From: Podarcis bocagei
Lineage: Eukaryota
Direction: 5' to 3' (one strand)
Assembly (NCBI GenBank): GCA_964188305.1
Contig: OZ076889.1
DNA length: 64,000 nucleotides
Shown here: piece after piece, positions 37,076 through 49,192 of the stretch
Position numbering within the stretch: the stretch's first letter is position 1
How the letters are laid out: each line of letters starts with the position of its first letter
Notes under the pieces: model-generated
The model's input: the letters and a program-made list of their open reading frames with translations, nothing else
What the model was told of the DNA's origin: nothing
The model's database searches: none
Position numbers and translations under genes: made by a program

Positions 37076-38315
37076 GTATGTTCTAGGATATTTGCCTGAT
37101 GTGTGGTCATAACACTGGGATTTCCGCTTCTGTGACATACTGGATAAGAAGCCAAGCAACTTCCTTTTAATTAGTAGGAATTCTAGTAAATGTTAATCAT
37201 CAGCAAAAGATGGAAGGACATAAAAATACTTTAGGAACTCAATTTTTCCCAAAGGCAGTTGAGACAGGATGCTGGATTTCTTAGGTTGCTGAGATTGTGA
37301 GTTGAACATGGAAGTACAAAGGACTTAAATGACAAACTGGAACACAGTGCAAGATTTTAGAGTGCCTCTTCTCTAGTGAGTGTAATTCCAAAATAAACGA
37401 AAGGGGATAGAAAATGGTAGGAGTACATGAATGTGTGAGAAGATTTACTTACATACGAGAATGTAGGTAATGGGTCAGCCAAAAACCCTTTGAAAAAAGA
37501 GGGATTTGATGGGAGAGAAGAGGTACTAAATGTTTAAGTTATCTTAGAAGACCGAGAGACTGTCAGATTGCAGAGGATTCTATAAGAAAGTGCTGTCATT
37601 AGCAGGGATGTAACTGGCAGACCAAGGGCTAAAAAGACTTGGTAAAACTGGAGAGTTTTAACGGTAAAGATGTGGAGCCTCTGCTGATTTATTTATTTTT
37701 TTAAAGGATGCCAGTAAAGAGATTTGGGGAATATTGTGTAGAGTAGTCTTCAGGGTTGGTGAGGGGACTAAGTGTTGTGTAAATTGTGGAAAAACTCCTC
37801 TTTGCTAAAGGGATCTAGTTCGAGAGGGCAAGGGCACCTCACACATCTTTAGGTTTTGTAGCAAAATATGATGTGTTATTTCTAGCAAAAGCAGTCAGTG
37901 GAGTCAAGAATAGAACTGGAAGGAAGGAAGGCAAGATTGCACGAATAAACAATGCCCATGAGTTTGGAGCAAAGGGGGGAAGGAGCAAGCAGCTGGCAAT
38001 TAGAAGTTGAGGTTACGTCAGTGGAGGTTTCTATTTTTAGAAAATAGGATGTTTAAACATGGTAGAGACAAACAGACAGGTTAATAAGGAGTGATAGCAC
38101 AAGAGGTGGAATAGCATCAAGGGGGCATGTGGCATGATTGGGTGTGGACAGATGGCAGTGGAGGAGAGCATGTTATGAAAATGAATAAAGGATTTCCTTC
38201 TAATATGCTCAGTAGCAATATTGATTATATGTGACTGCTTGCAGCTCTCTTTACTTTCCTTATTCATGATTTCAAGTTCCAATTTAAACTCATTCAGTTA
38301 CTTCACTATTTACAG

Positions 38316-38363
38316 GGATTTGGTGCAGAAAGAAAGATTCGTCAAGCTGGTGTTATCGACTAA
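38316..38363 (+). CDS. CSDE1: CSDE1 last coding exon
   Basis: GFGAERKIRQAGVID*. The summed CDS from 19863 is 2391 nt = 796 aa + stop. Confidence 0.97.
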   Translation, partial: GFGAERKIRQAGVID

Positions 38364-38501
38364 CTGGTCTCAAAGCAAATAACTATGTTGGAGCAAGTGG
38401 TGGGGTCTGGTGAAGGGTACTGAATATCCCCATATTCATCCCTTCCAAATTCTAAAGAGCTATTACACCAGTTTTAACACCTTCCTCATGTTATGTTTAA
38501 A

Positions 38502-39600
38502 AATAAATTTATGAAACAGTTTTAAAATATGCACAGTTGCATCCTGGAGAACCTAAGGTGGCGCCTTATAGTATCACGTGTTAGAAGCTTTTTGAATGGT
38601 GCATTTAACGCAACTGGTAACTGCAAATCTACTTTGCCTCTTTAAGTAAACATTATAGACAGTTCTACTCTGGTAGACCTTATGAAATTCTGCACTGAAA
38701 GGATATACATATATCTATCTATATATATATTTCCTTAATTCACATCTTGCCAAGGTGTTACAATGCCTTAGCTTTCAGTTGCTTTACTCTCTCTTAAGAC
38801 AGGAGAGGTTAAGTTCCTGTTCATTCTGCTCTAGTTTTGAGGACCATATGAGGATGAATATACCAACTGTTTATATAGAATCCTGTATGAGCACTCAAAC
38901 CAGTTCCTTAAGTTGATGGCCAAATGTTAAAATGTTTTGTATGTCTCATTTAAACTAAAGTCCATATAGCAAGCAACGTTATCTCCTAGATCACATTGAA
39001 AGTATCTTCCAGAGTAGACTTGATAGTTTTTGTAATTATCTTCAATTAGCATGCACAGTGCAGAATTTCATAAGGATGAGGTGTGCCATCAGTGTGATAA
39101 CTTAAAGATATTTAAAACAATGCACAAATTTGCTGCTGCTTAGAACACTGCAGCTTCTAAACCCAGTTTATTTTACTGAATAAAAAATTTAAAAAGTTGT
39201 GCCTGAAGTGAATACATTTTTTTTTTGCAGCCAGCACCCAGTGTACTGTAAAAGAATACTTAGGCTTTCCATAGCTGTATTGAGACTTTCATCAAGGTGA
39301 AATAGTTGATGTCTGTGTGCTTTTTTTTTTCTCCCTCCAGGCCCCTTCTCTCCCCTCCCTCCCCTTCCTCAGCCACACTTTATCAAGCGAGCAAACTAAA
39401 TGATTGGTCTAAGTATTACTTTAACCAAAAAGATCAGGAGTTATTTTCTTTGAATAGAGGGCAGTACTGTGTTTTTTTTCCCATGTTACCTCTATTCTCA
39501 ATTTAGGGTTTTTCTTCTCTGGGAGATGCATTATCTTTGTAAAACAAACATTGCTTTCTCCAATTTTTCTGTTAATGGCGAAGAATGGAAATAGAATAAA
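38502..39600 (+). terminator. CSDE1: Three tandem CSDE1 polyadenylation signals
   Basis: AATAAA at 38502-38507, 39179-39184 and 39595-39600; mammalian UNR is known to use three alternative poly(A) sites. Confidence 0.75.
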
Positions 39601-39766
39601 GTTTTACTGATTTTGAAAAACTGCCTCAATCTTGTAACTCCTTCATTAAGACTATTCCTAGTCGCAAAATATACCCCATGTGGTATAGATCAGAGTTGAC
39701 TAACTTCTGTATTCTCAGGCCATTCTAGACACTTTGTCCAGCCCCTGTAAGGATATCTGGCTCAAT

Positions 39767-42106
39767 GAATAATAATAATAATAATAATTTATTATTTGTA
39801 CCCCGCCCATCTGGCTGGGTTTCCCCAGCCACTCTGGGCGGCTTCCACAGAAACCAAAAAGCACTAAAATATCATACATTAAAAGCTTCCCTGAATAGGG
39901 CCGCCTTAAGATGTCTTCTGAATGTCAGGTAGTTGTCCATCACCTTGACATCCAATGGGAGGGCATTCCACAGGGCGGGCGCCACCACCGAAAAGGCCCT
40001 CTGCCTGGTTCCCTGTAGCTTCGCTTCTCGTAATGAGGGAACCGCCAGAAGGCCCTCGGCGCTGGACCTCAGTGTCCGGGCAGAATGATGGGGGTGGAGA
40101 CGCTCCTTCAGGTATACTGGGCCGAAGCCATTTAGGGCTTTAAAGGTCAACACCAGCACTTTGAATTGTGCTCGGAAACGTACTGGGAGCCAATGTAGGT
40201 CTTTCAAGACCGGTGTTATGTGGTCTCGGCGGCCGCCCCCAGTCACCAGTCTAGCTGCCGCATTCTGGATTAGCTGTAGTTTCCGAGTCACCTTCAAAGG
40301 TAGCCCCACGTAGAGCGCATTGCAGTAGTCCAAGCGGGAGATAACTAGAGCATGCACCACTCTGGCCAGACAGTCCGCGGGCAGGTAGGGTCTCAGCCTG
40401 CGTACCAGGTGGAGTTGGTAGACAGCTGCCCTGGATACAGAATTGACCTGCGCCTCCATGGACAGCTGTGAGTCCAAAATGACTCCCAGGCTACGCACCT
40501 GGTCCTTCAGGGGCACAGTTACCCTATTCAGGACCAGGGAGTCCTCCACACCAGCCCACCCCCTGTCCCCCAAAAACAGTACTTCTGTCTTGTCAGGATT
40601 CAACCTCAACCCATTAGCCGCCATCCATCCTCCAACCGCCTCCAGGCACTCACACAGGACCTTCACCGCCTTCACTGGTTCTGATTTGAAAGAAAGGTAG
40701 AGCTGGGTATCATCTGCATATTGATGGACACCCAGTCCAAACCCCCTGATGATCTCTCCCAGCGGCTTCATATAGATGTTAAAAAGCATGGGGGAGAGGA
40801 CGGAACCCTGAGGCACCCCACAAGTGAGGGCCCAAGGGTTTGAACACTCATCCCCCACCACCACTTTCTGAACACGGCCCAGGAGGAAGGAGCGAAACCA
40901 CTGTATAACAGTGCCCCCAGCTCCCAACCCCTCTAGACGGTCCAGAAGGATGTTATGGTCGATTGTATCAAAGGCCGCTGAGAGATCCAGCAGAACTAGG
41001 AAACAACTCTCACCTTTGTCCCTAGCTCGCCGGAGATCATCAACCAGTGCGACCAAGGCAGTTTCAGTCCCATGATGAGGCCTGAACCCTGATTGGAAGG
41101 GATCCAAATGGTCCGCATCCTCCAGGCGTGCCTGGAGTTGTTCAGCAACCACACGCTCAATCACTTTGCCCAAGAATGGAAGATTTGAGACTGGGCGATA
41201 GTTGGCCATACTGGCCGGGTCTAAAGATGGTTTTTTAAGAAGCGGTTTAATGACCGCCTCTTTCAGCGGATCTGGGAATGTTCCCTCACAGAGGGAAGCA
41301 TTCACCACCCCGCAGAGCCCATCGCCCAGCCCTTCCCGGCTTGCTTTTATTAGCCAGGATGGGCAAGGATCAAGGAGACAGGTGGTTGGTTTCACGCGTC
41401 CAAGCAGCCTGTCCACATCCTCGGGGGTGACGGATTGAAATTGATTCCATGCAACTTGACCAGACAGGGCTCTAGCACTCTCCCGCCCTGGCCCTGCTCC
41501 CGCGGTGGTGTCTAGCTCCTTCCGAATATGAGTGATTTTATCTGCAAAAAACTTTGCAAAATCGTTGCAGGAGATCTTGGGGTCTTTACAAGGCCCCGGT
41601 GGTAAAGGTGGTTCCGTTAAATTGCAGACCACCTGAAAGAGTCTCCTGCTACTATTTTCTGCAGATGCAATAGAGGCGGTGAAGAAAGTCTTCTTCGCCG
41701 TCGCTATCGCCACTTGGTAGGCTCGACGTTGAGCTCTAACCTGTGTCCGGTCAGATTCGGAGTGAGTTTTCTGCCACCGACGCTCTAGCCGTCTCAGCGA
41801 TTGTTTCATCGCCCTCAGCTCCGAAGAAAACCACGGGGCTGTCCGGGCTCCATGCAATCGGAGAGGGCGCTTCGGAGCCAGACAGTCGATAGCCCTGGTT
41901 AACTCCGCATTCCAGCGGGCCACCAGGGAATCAGCTGAAAGGCCATCAACATGGGATAAAGCATCCCCTACCACTCTCTGGAAACCATTTGGATCCATTA
42001 AGTGGCGGGGGCAGACCATCCGAATTGGTCCCACCTCCCTGCAGAGGGGAAGGGTCGCGGAGAAGTCCAGTTGCACCAGGAAGTGATCTGACCATGGCAC
42101 TTCTTT
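39767..42106 (-). mobile_element. 5'-truncated L2-clade (CR1 group) LINE with an uninterrupted ORF2 reverse-transcriptase region
   Basis: ORF 39872..42247(-) contains WSDH (end of the APE endonuclease), NYRPVSNL, QSGFR, LDLSAAFD, GVPQGS, YADD and L2-type SRLDYCN / LHWLP motifs; (ATT)n tail at about 39767-39788. The 5' boundary is inferred. Confidence 0.93.
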
Positions 42107-42639
42107 GGGTGTGTATCCTACTGGTAAGGGTTTCACTGGTGTAGAGCACATGTCCTTGGATGGTATGAGGTCAGATGCTGGGCACAGGTTGGCAAGGAAC
42201 AGTGGTTTTTTTCCCCAGGCAGGGGGGGTCTCTTCCACACATCCCACAGTGAAATGGATGTCATACCAGTCACACTAGGTAACCATGCCTAAGTAGAATT
42301 AGAATAATTTCAAGGAAAGCTTTGGGTTTTTAAAAGATAACACTTAAAACCACACTGATTGCACTTTTTTTTTTTTAGTATCAAACATTTCAGTTCAAAC
42401 ATTTTGGACTATGAGACAGAATCTTGAGATTTATGCAACATGTAAAATTAAAGATGTTCTTCATACATTCATACATACATACATACGCACTCACTCACTC
42501 TATTCAAATATCTCAGATTTGTTGTCATTAATTTAGGGCACGTATTCAGATTAAAATTCAGACCAACAACAGACGAAGAGCTACAGTTCAGGGCCACTTG
42601 GCTCCATAAGCCACTGCTGTGGTCCTGAAGAAAGCCACT

Positions 42640-43540
42640 TCCATCAACTCCCGGGGCTGGAGCATTGCGTTTGGCTTCGGAGTCCTGCCAGAACGAATCC
42701 GGCGCTGTCCTTCCTTCTTACTTGCCGCAACTGGGGTGGGAAGCGCCGTCCCGCGAGCCCTCCTCCCACCCTGCTCTCGTCAGGCAGAAGGACAACAACA
42801 CCCAGCCGCCCAGCGCTCCCCACGGAGCCCTTGCTTTCAGTTAGCCCCGCCCAAGCGAGCGACGTCTCCGAATGCTTCCGGCGCCGGGGGATGACGTCAA
42901 CCGTACGGCGGGTCGGAAGGACCGATCTTGGGAAGGGCGTTCTGGCGGCTGCGGAGCCTGGAAGTGAGGTGAGAGGCGAGTCGTAACGAGGAAAGGGGGA
43001 GGCAGGGCAGCCCCGTCTCCCCTTCGGGCTGAGGGGCTGGTCGGGAAGGTGCGGCGCTGCCTTTCTCCGCCTGGTGCCGAGAGACGCTGCCTTGGGCGGC
43101 TCTTCGTTCGCTGCCAGGGTTGGGTGTGCCCGTCCCTTCCGCTGGAGCCGCTTCTCCCCTGGACCTCCATGCGGACTGCTGAGGGCTCTATCTCAGCGGG
43201 TCTATGCGTTTGGGGGCCGGCAGCCTGAGGGTTGGTGGGCGACCCCCTTTCGCTGCCCTGCTCGTATGGGGAAGGGTCCTCCGGGGGCTGCCCGGCTGCC
43301 CTTGGTGGTCCCAAGGCGTGCAGAGAGATGGGGTGTGGGGCTGCCAAGCGGGGCTCTCCTTTGCCCCCCTCTGGACATCAGATGGTGGCAGTCGCAGGCT
43401 AGACGCGATTGAACGAAAGAAGAGCCCTGATGATGGATCAGGCCAGTGGTCCGTCTAGTAGTCTAACATCCTGTACCCACAGTGGTGGGACAGGTGCCGG
43501 TGGGAAGCCCGAAAGCAGGACACGGGCGCAACAGCACTCT
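42640..43540 (+). promoter_or_regulatory. NRAS: NRAS CpG-island promoter and non-coding exon 1 (donor after 42968)
   Basis: CpG-rich. GC box 42845-42852, ETS CTTCCGG 42875-42881 and CGGAAG 42914-42919, full CRE TGACGTCA 42892-42899; GAAGTGAG|GTGAGA donor. Confidence 0.8.
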
Positions 43541-45048
43541 GCCCACCTGCGATTCCCAGCCACTGGTATTTGGAGGTGCACCGAATGCTGTCAGTGGAGG
43601 TGGAAGATAGCCATTGTGGCTTGATAGCTTTCTCTGCCACAAGTTTGTGTCCTGAAATGTTTACATTTTGACACGAGACACCGCCTGAATCCATTCACTG
43701 TATGCTCTGTATTGAAACAACATTTCTATTAATAAAATCATTTGTATGCTAGCCTTCTGTGCAAAGCCATCCAGTGCAGATTGCAGCACCATAAAACCGT
43801 ACATATACAAAATATAACAGCAGCAGCATTTACAGTGATTAAAAAACCTAAGCTAGTTTGAAAACAGTTTAAAAACATCAGTATACATTGCTAATACAGA
43901 ACTCTCTGCACCAAAATTACCAATTCTAAAAGAGCAACCTTTAAGAGAAATTGGACCAAAAGAGAAGTTTTTAAGGATGACATAATGTTGAGGCCATACA
44001 AATCTGCTAATAACTGATGTCAGCTGCACTTCAAACTACAAATTTTGATATCACCCTTCAGGAAATGCAATGCAATCTGAGGCCAGTTGTACCTCTCTAT
44101 CCAGATCAGCCAGATCCTCATTCAGAGCAGCTCTATCTTATCAGAATTGAGTTTCAGCTGGGTTATCTTCATCCATCTCAAAATTGTCTCAGTTTCCTAT
44201 TCAGAAATCATTTACATATTTTTCATCTTATTCTCACATCAGTTTAGGTTGAGCAGTAGCTTGCCCAGCACCACCCAGTAGCTTTCCGCTGTAGAAGTTC
44301 CTTAGTGGCCTTGTGCAAGCTGCTGTTCAACCTAAACTGCTTCACTGTATTGTGAGAATAAGGGGACCCTCAGGCCCAGGGGCCAGGCCTCTCTACCTGG
44401 CCCACAAGACTCTTCCTAGGCCACACACACTCCCGAGCCACACCCCTCCTTAAATATTTTTGCCTGTCTGGAATGCACATTTGACTTCTGATAACATTTC
44501 TTGTTTGCCTGGTTGGAGTTAAGAGAGGGATGTGTAACTTACAGTACAAACATATATCTACAGTTGCTCCCCCCACTAATGTTCTGGCCATGCTCACTAC
44601 TGGCATGTGGCCCCAGACAGGTTGCCATGCAGGGAATGTGGCCAGAGGCTGACCAAGCTTCTCCACTCCTGTGGTAGAGAATGGATTTGAGCCAGTGGCT
44701 ACCTAGGCTAATAGTGCAATCCTGTCCATGCCTACTCAAAAGTAAACTCCACAGAACTTTCTCTCAGGTAAATGTGTACAATATTGCAGCCCAGGTCTAG
44801 GATCTTATTATTTTACACTGCTGAGCCAGTATTGGGGGCGATTTGGGTCCAGATCAATCATCCATGAATTCTCAGACTGGGTTTGGCCTTGTTTTGTTTA
44901 ATTTATCATCTGCCTTTCAGCCTGTGGTAAAGCCCTCTAGCTGACTACTACAGTACCAAACACGTTGGGTGTTCAGAATTTTTATTCTGTCTCTGCGTTT
45001 GCTATGTGTTTCTGAAAGACGCTTTCTTTGAGATCTTGGCTCTGCTAA

Positions 45049-45252
<204 letters not shown>

Positions 45253-46015
45253 TGAACCTATGTTTCTTGTGTTTGCTGTGCTGTCAGCATACAAGAGGTG
45301 CAGCATACTGTCGTCAGTGCTAAGTGTTAGAAACCCAGAGTCTCACACTCATTAAACTCATCCCGTCTTTAGAGAAGTGGACAGAAAATATGGATTCATT
45401 TATCCTTATAATATCAGAAAGCTCAGAACTTTTTTGCAAAAGTATTGATAATTTTTCAGATCTGCTTAACTGTTAATCAGTGGTATCTTTTTAAATCATT
45501 GAAATCAGTGGGATTAAATTAGTTATGCTAACATAAATCCATTGGTTCCGATGGATCTACTCTGAGTATGATTTAGCCAGACACCACCCAGTATGTGTAA
45601 CCAGATTAAAATATTTGAGTTTTGGGAATTATTTGGCAAAGAATTGGGAGAGATTGGGGGCAGAGATAGCTGTAGGAATAAAAGGTTGAGGGACAGAGCT
45701 CTCCCAGAACTGGGACACAGATTCCTCCCTTGTTCTAAGTTTGGTTTCTGGAACTTTACCAGAAACTCCCATGTTTTCAAAATCTCAACTGATATCTTTT
45801 CTTGTTTGAAAAGAGATCGTGAGGTTCTTCAGTTGATTGAACAAATGGGCATGTGTGGAATCCCCAACAGCTCATGCTTCTGGAAGCACGTCATCCTTTA
45901 ATCACCAAATACAGTAAAGATTGGAGAAGGGCTGATTTCAAAACTGTGGATCATCACAGTGTGTTGAAGTGTGTGGCAAACAGGATTTGGTGGATCAGAT
46001 CGTGCTTAGTCCTGA

Positions 46016-46216
<201 letters not shown>

Positions 46217-46958
46217 TAAGCTGTGCTTGCAGGAAGGACGTGGGAAAGGCACAGCTGTGTGCTAGTGCTGAGTCAAAATCCACCGTGGCCCTTGAATAGA
46301 CTGTATTGCTAAAGCAATTGGTAGTCATGTCTAGAACAGAGGTGGTAACTGGATCCTGCCAGCAGATCCTGACCTCCCCCAACCCCCATAGACTGTTTTG
46401 ACAATTAGGTGAGGGCTGCCCACCTGTCAGTCAGCTGCTATCTGATAAAGCATTTTCATTTGCCTGTGTGGTTTGAAATCAAACTTCAAAAGCTCAGGAG
46501 TTTATGTACAGCTGAATATGCTGTTCAACAGGTTTTTGCTCAAAAATCAATCAAATACCGTTACCTGATCAAAATATTCAAATATTTCTGGAGAAATAGG
46601 GGACCATTATGATAGCTGCCCTGGCATAGGAAGGGATGGAGAGGATCATACTCAGGTGAATAAAAGGATGGTTGGAGCACCTTTCTGTTCTCATGACCTG
46701 GTTCATATAGTTAATGGTATGCTGATTTGACTTCTATCCCACTTTCAATTCAGAAGGACAGCTTATATGAAATTATACAATCATGTGATATCATAAACCC
46801 ACCTTATGGCATTGCTCTGAACTGCAGGATTTTTCATTATCTGAAGTCAGAAGAGAAGCAGCCACGTGCAGCTGCTGTGTTTTGGGAGCAATGACAATTT
46901 GAACAACATGTAAAATTGAAACGTAGAGGCTGTGATCTCTTCCCACCCATTTCTCCAG

Positions 46959-47118
46959 AGAGCAGATTAAAAGAGTGAAAGATTCTGAAGACGTACCAAT
47001 GGTGTTAGTGGGAAACAAATGCGACTTGCCAACACGGACAGTAGATACCAAACAAGCTCATGAAGTAGCCAAGAGCTATGGAATTCCCTTCATTGAGACA
47101 TCTGCCAAAACGAGACAG
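46959..47118 (+). CDS. NRAS: NRAS coding exon 3
   Basis: 160 nt; [53 protein letters not shown]. Confidence 0.98.
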
Positions 47119-47365
47119 GTAATGGATTCTTGTGCTTCTGCTTTGCTCTCTTGAGAACTGCCAGCACTGTTCTGGTACACTGATTGAGAAGCCAGCACTA
47201 GGCAGGCAGAGGGTTGGAGCTTGTTGGTAGGAGTACTATCCTATAGGCTGCATAAACTTGGAACCTTAAAAAAAACACACAAAAAACAAGAAAACATCCT
47301 GATTGTGAGGAGTAAGGTTCCACTGATGAAAGTGGAAGCTTTTTTTAAACCCTATTTGTCATGTA

Positions 47366-47719
47366 GGGACGCGGGTGGCGCTGTGAGTTAAACCACAGAG
47401 CCTAGGACTTGCTGATCAGAAGGTCAGCGGTTTGAATCACCGCGACGGGGTGAGCTCCTGTTACTCAGTCCCTGCTCCTGCCCACCTAGCAGTTTGAAAG
47501 CACGTCAAAGTGCAAGTAGATAAATAGGTACCGCTCCGGTGGGAAGGTAAACAGCATTTCCGTGCGCTGCTCTGGTTCGCCAGAAGCGGCTTAGTCATGG
47601 TGGCCACATGACCTGGAAGCTGTACGCTGGCTCCCTTGGCCCATAGAGCGAGATGAGCGCTGCAACCCCAGAGTCGGCCACGACTGGACCTAATGTTCAG
47701 GGGTCCCTTTACCTTTACC
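47366..47719 (+). mobile_element. Sauria SINE
   Basis: GGGACGCGGGTGGCGCTG head, (ACCTTT)n tail; duplication TTGTCATGTA at 47356-47365 and 47720-47729. Confidence 0.92.
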
Positions 47720-48458
47720 TTGTCATGTAGGAATGACTCTTTCTGGGGGGAATCACAGCTGGGGTTAACCCTTTTCTCCCCTCTCCACTGCCCCAAATGC
47801 CATGCATGCAGCAATCAGGCCTGAAACATTCTAATTAATGTCAATAGGAGGCTTTTTTCCAAGCCTACCTGATTGATGTCTTGTGGGCACGTTTGTGGCT
47901 TGGGAGGAAAGGGTTAGACTTCCATGGCACGTGTGGCACACACACACCCCTTTCAGGTGTGGCAGTTAGGTTTCAAAAACAACAACATCACCCTCATGTT
48001 GGCTCAAAATATGAAGCTCTTTTTAAGCCTATTTGCCACACAGGTAGGGGAGTGCAATCTTCATGGTAATTACAGTTAGGGAGGGAAGGATTAACCCTCC
48101 CCCCATGTGCTGTAATACCCACAAAAATCACCTTCTAAACCTCAGCTTCAGTGTTTTATTTTCAAGTCCAATGGCTGCTGTTGTTCATGAGTGAATGTGA
48201 ATGAATGAACGAATAGTGGGGATTAAGGTTTATGTATGTTTGTATGCGTGAATGGGGGTGGGTGTATATAAGGGAGAGTGTAGGGGGAGGGTTCCCCTTT
48301 TTCTTGCATTGATTCTGCCGATGACTATAATGCAGTCCCTCGCTCGGTAAATTTGACATGAAACCTTTCAAGAGGGATGTGTGGAGAAGGGGCAACAAAG
48401 AAAACATCTCCTAGGACCAGAAGCACTTGTTTCTGACCAGAGTATCTTTCCCGTTCAG

Positions 48459-48578
48459 GGTGTTGAAGATGCCTTTTACACACTGGTGAGGGAGATCCGC
48501 CAATATCGGATGAAAAGACTCAACAGCAGTGAAGATGGGAATCAAGGCTGCATGGGACTCTCGTGCCTTGTGATGTGA
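48459..48578 (+). CDS. NRAS: NRAS last coding exon (hypervariable region, CAAX)
   Basis: [39 protein letters not shown]; Cys181 palmitoylation site, CAAX = CLVM; total 570 nt = 189 aa. Confidence 0.98.
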   Translation, partial: GVEDAFYTLVREIRQYRMKRLNSSEDGNQGCMGLSCLVM

Positions 48579-49192
48579 TCAGGTGGGTGGCAGTTTCTGC
48601 TAAACAAGTGATTGAGAAATATGAGGGCACAGTGTTTTTGAAGAAATCTCTTATTTTGAAGGACAGTGATAAAAACAAGTTTTGCAAAGTAGGCGTAGGA
48701 GACGGCAAGAGTCAGAAAGCTGAGTGGCAAACGAGAAAATGCAGATGAATGCCTCATAAGAAGGACTTGTCAGCTTGCATCTTTAAAGCAGGCTCCTACA
48801 AAGCTCAAATGGACAAAAAGGGCTTGGCAAAAATCTTTGGAAACCTCTGACATAGGGGCTGTAGCTTCCTAATGCTAAAGTTCATGTAATAGGTGTCAGG
48901 TCTCTATAGCATCTTTTAAAAATAGATGTTTAAATAACATAAAAATCTACCAGTTGGACTACAGTCTTTCTGATAGGGATAAAATGCCTACAGCCTGTTC
49001 CCTCTGCTCTAGCGTCACTATCCTGGGCAAATTCTACAGCTTTTTTGGTTTTTGTGGGTTTGATTCACTGGAAATTAATGCTGCATGTGGAGTTCTCCTG
49101 GGACTCTGCTTTGGCAGTCTTAAACTTCGCCCTGTTTCTGTTATAGAGCATGTAGTGGAGCAAAACTAACATGATGTATCTCTTTGTTTCAG

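Noticed and set aside
42619-43694. Overlapping ORFs on both strands
   Set aside because: NRAS CpG-island artefacts.
48910-48953. Possible homologue of the small mammalian NRAS 3' UTR exon
   Set aside because: An AG acceptor is present but no GT donor follows at a suitable distance.
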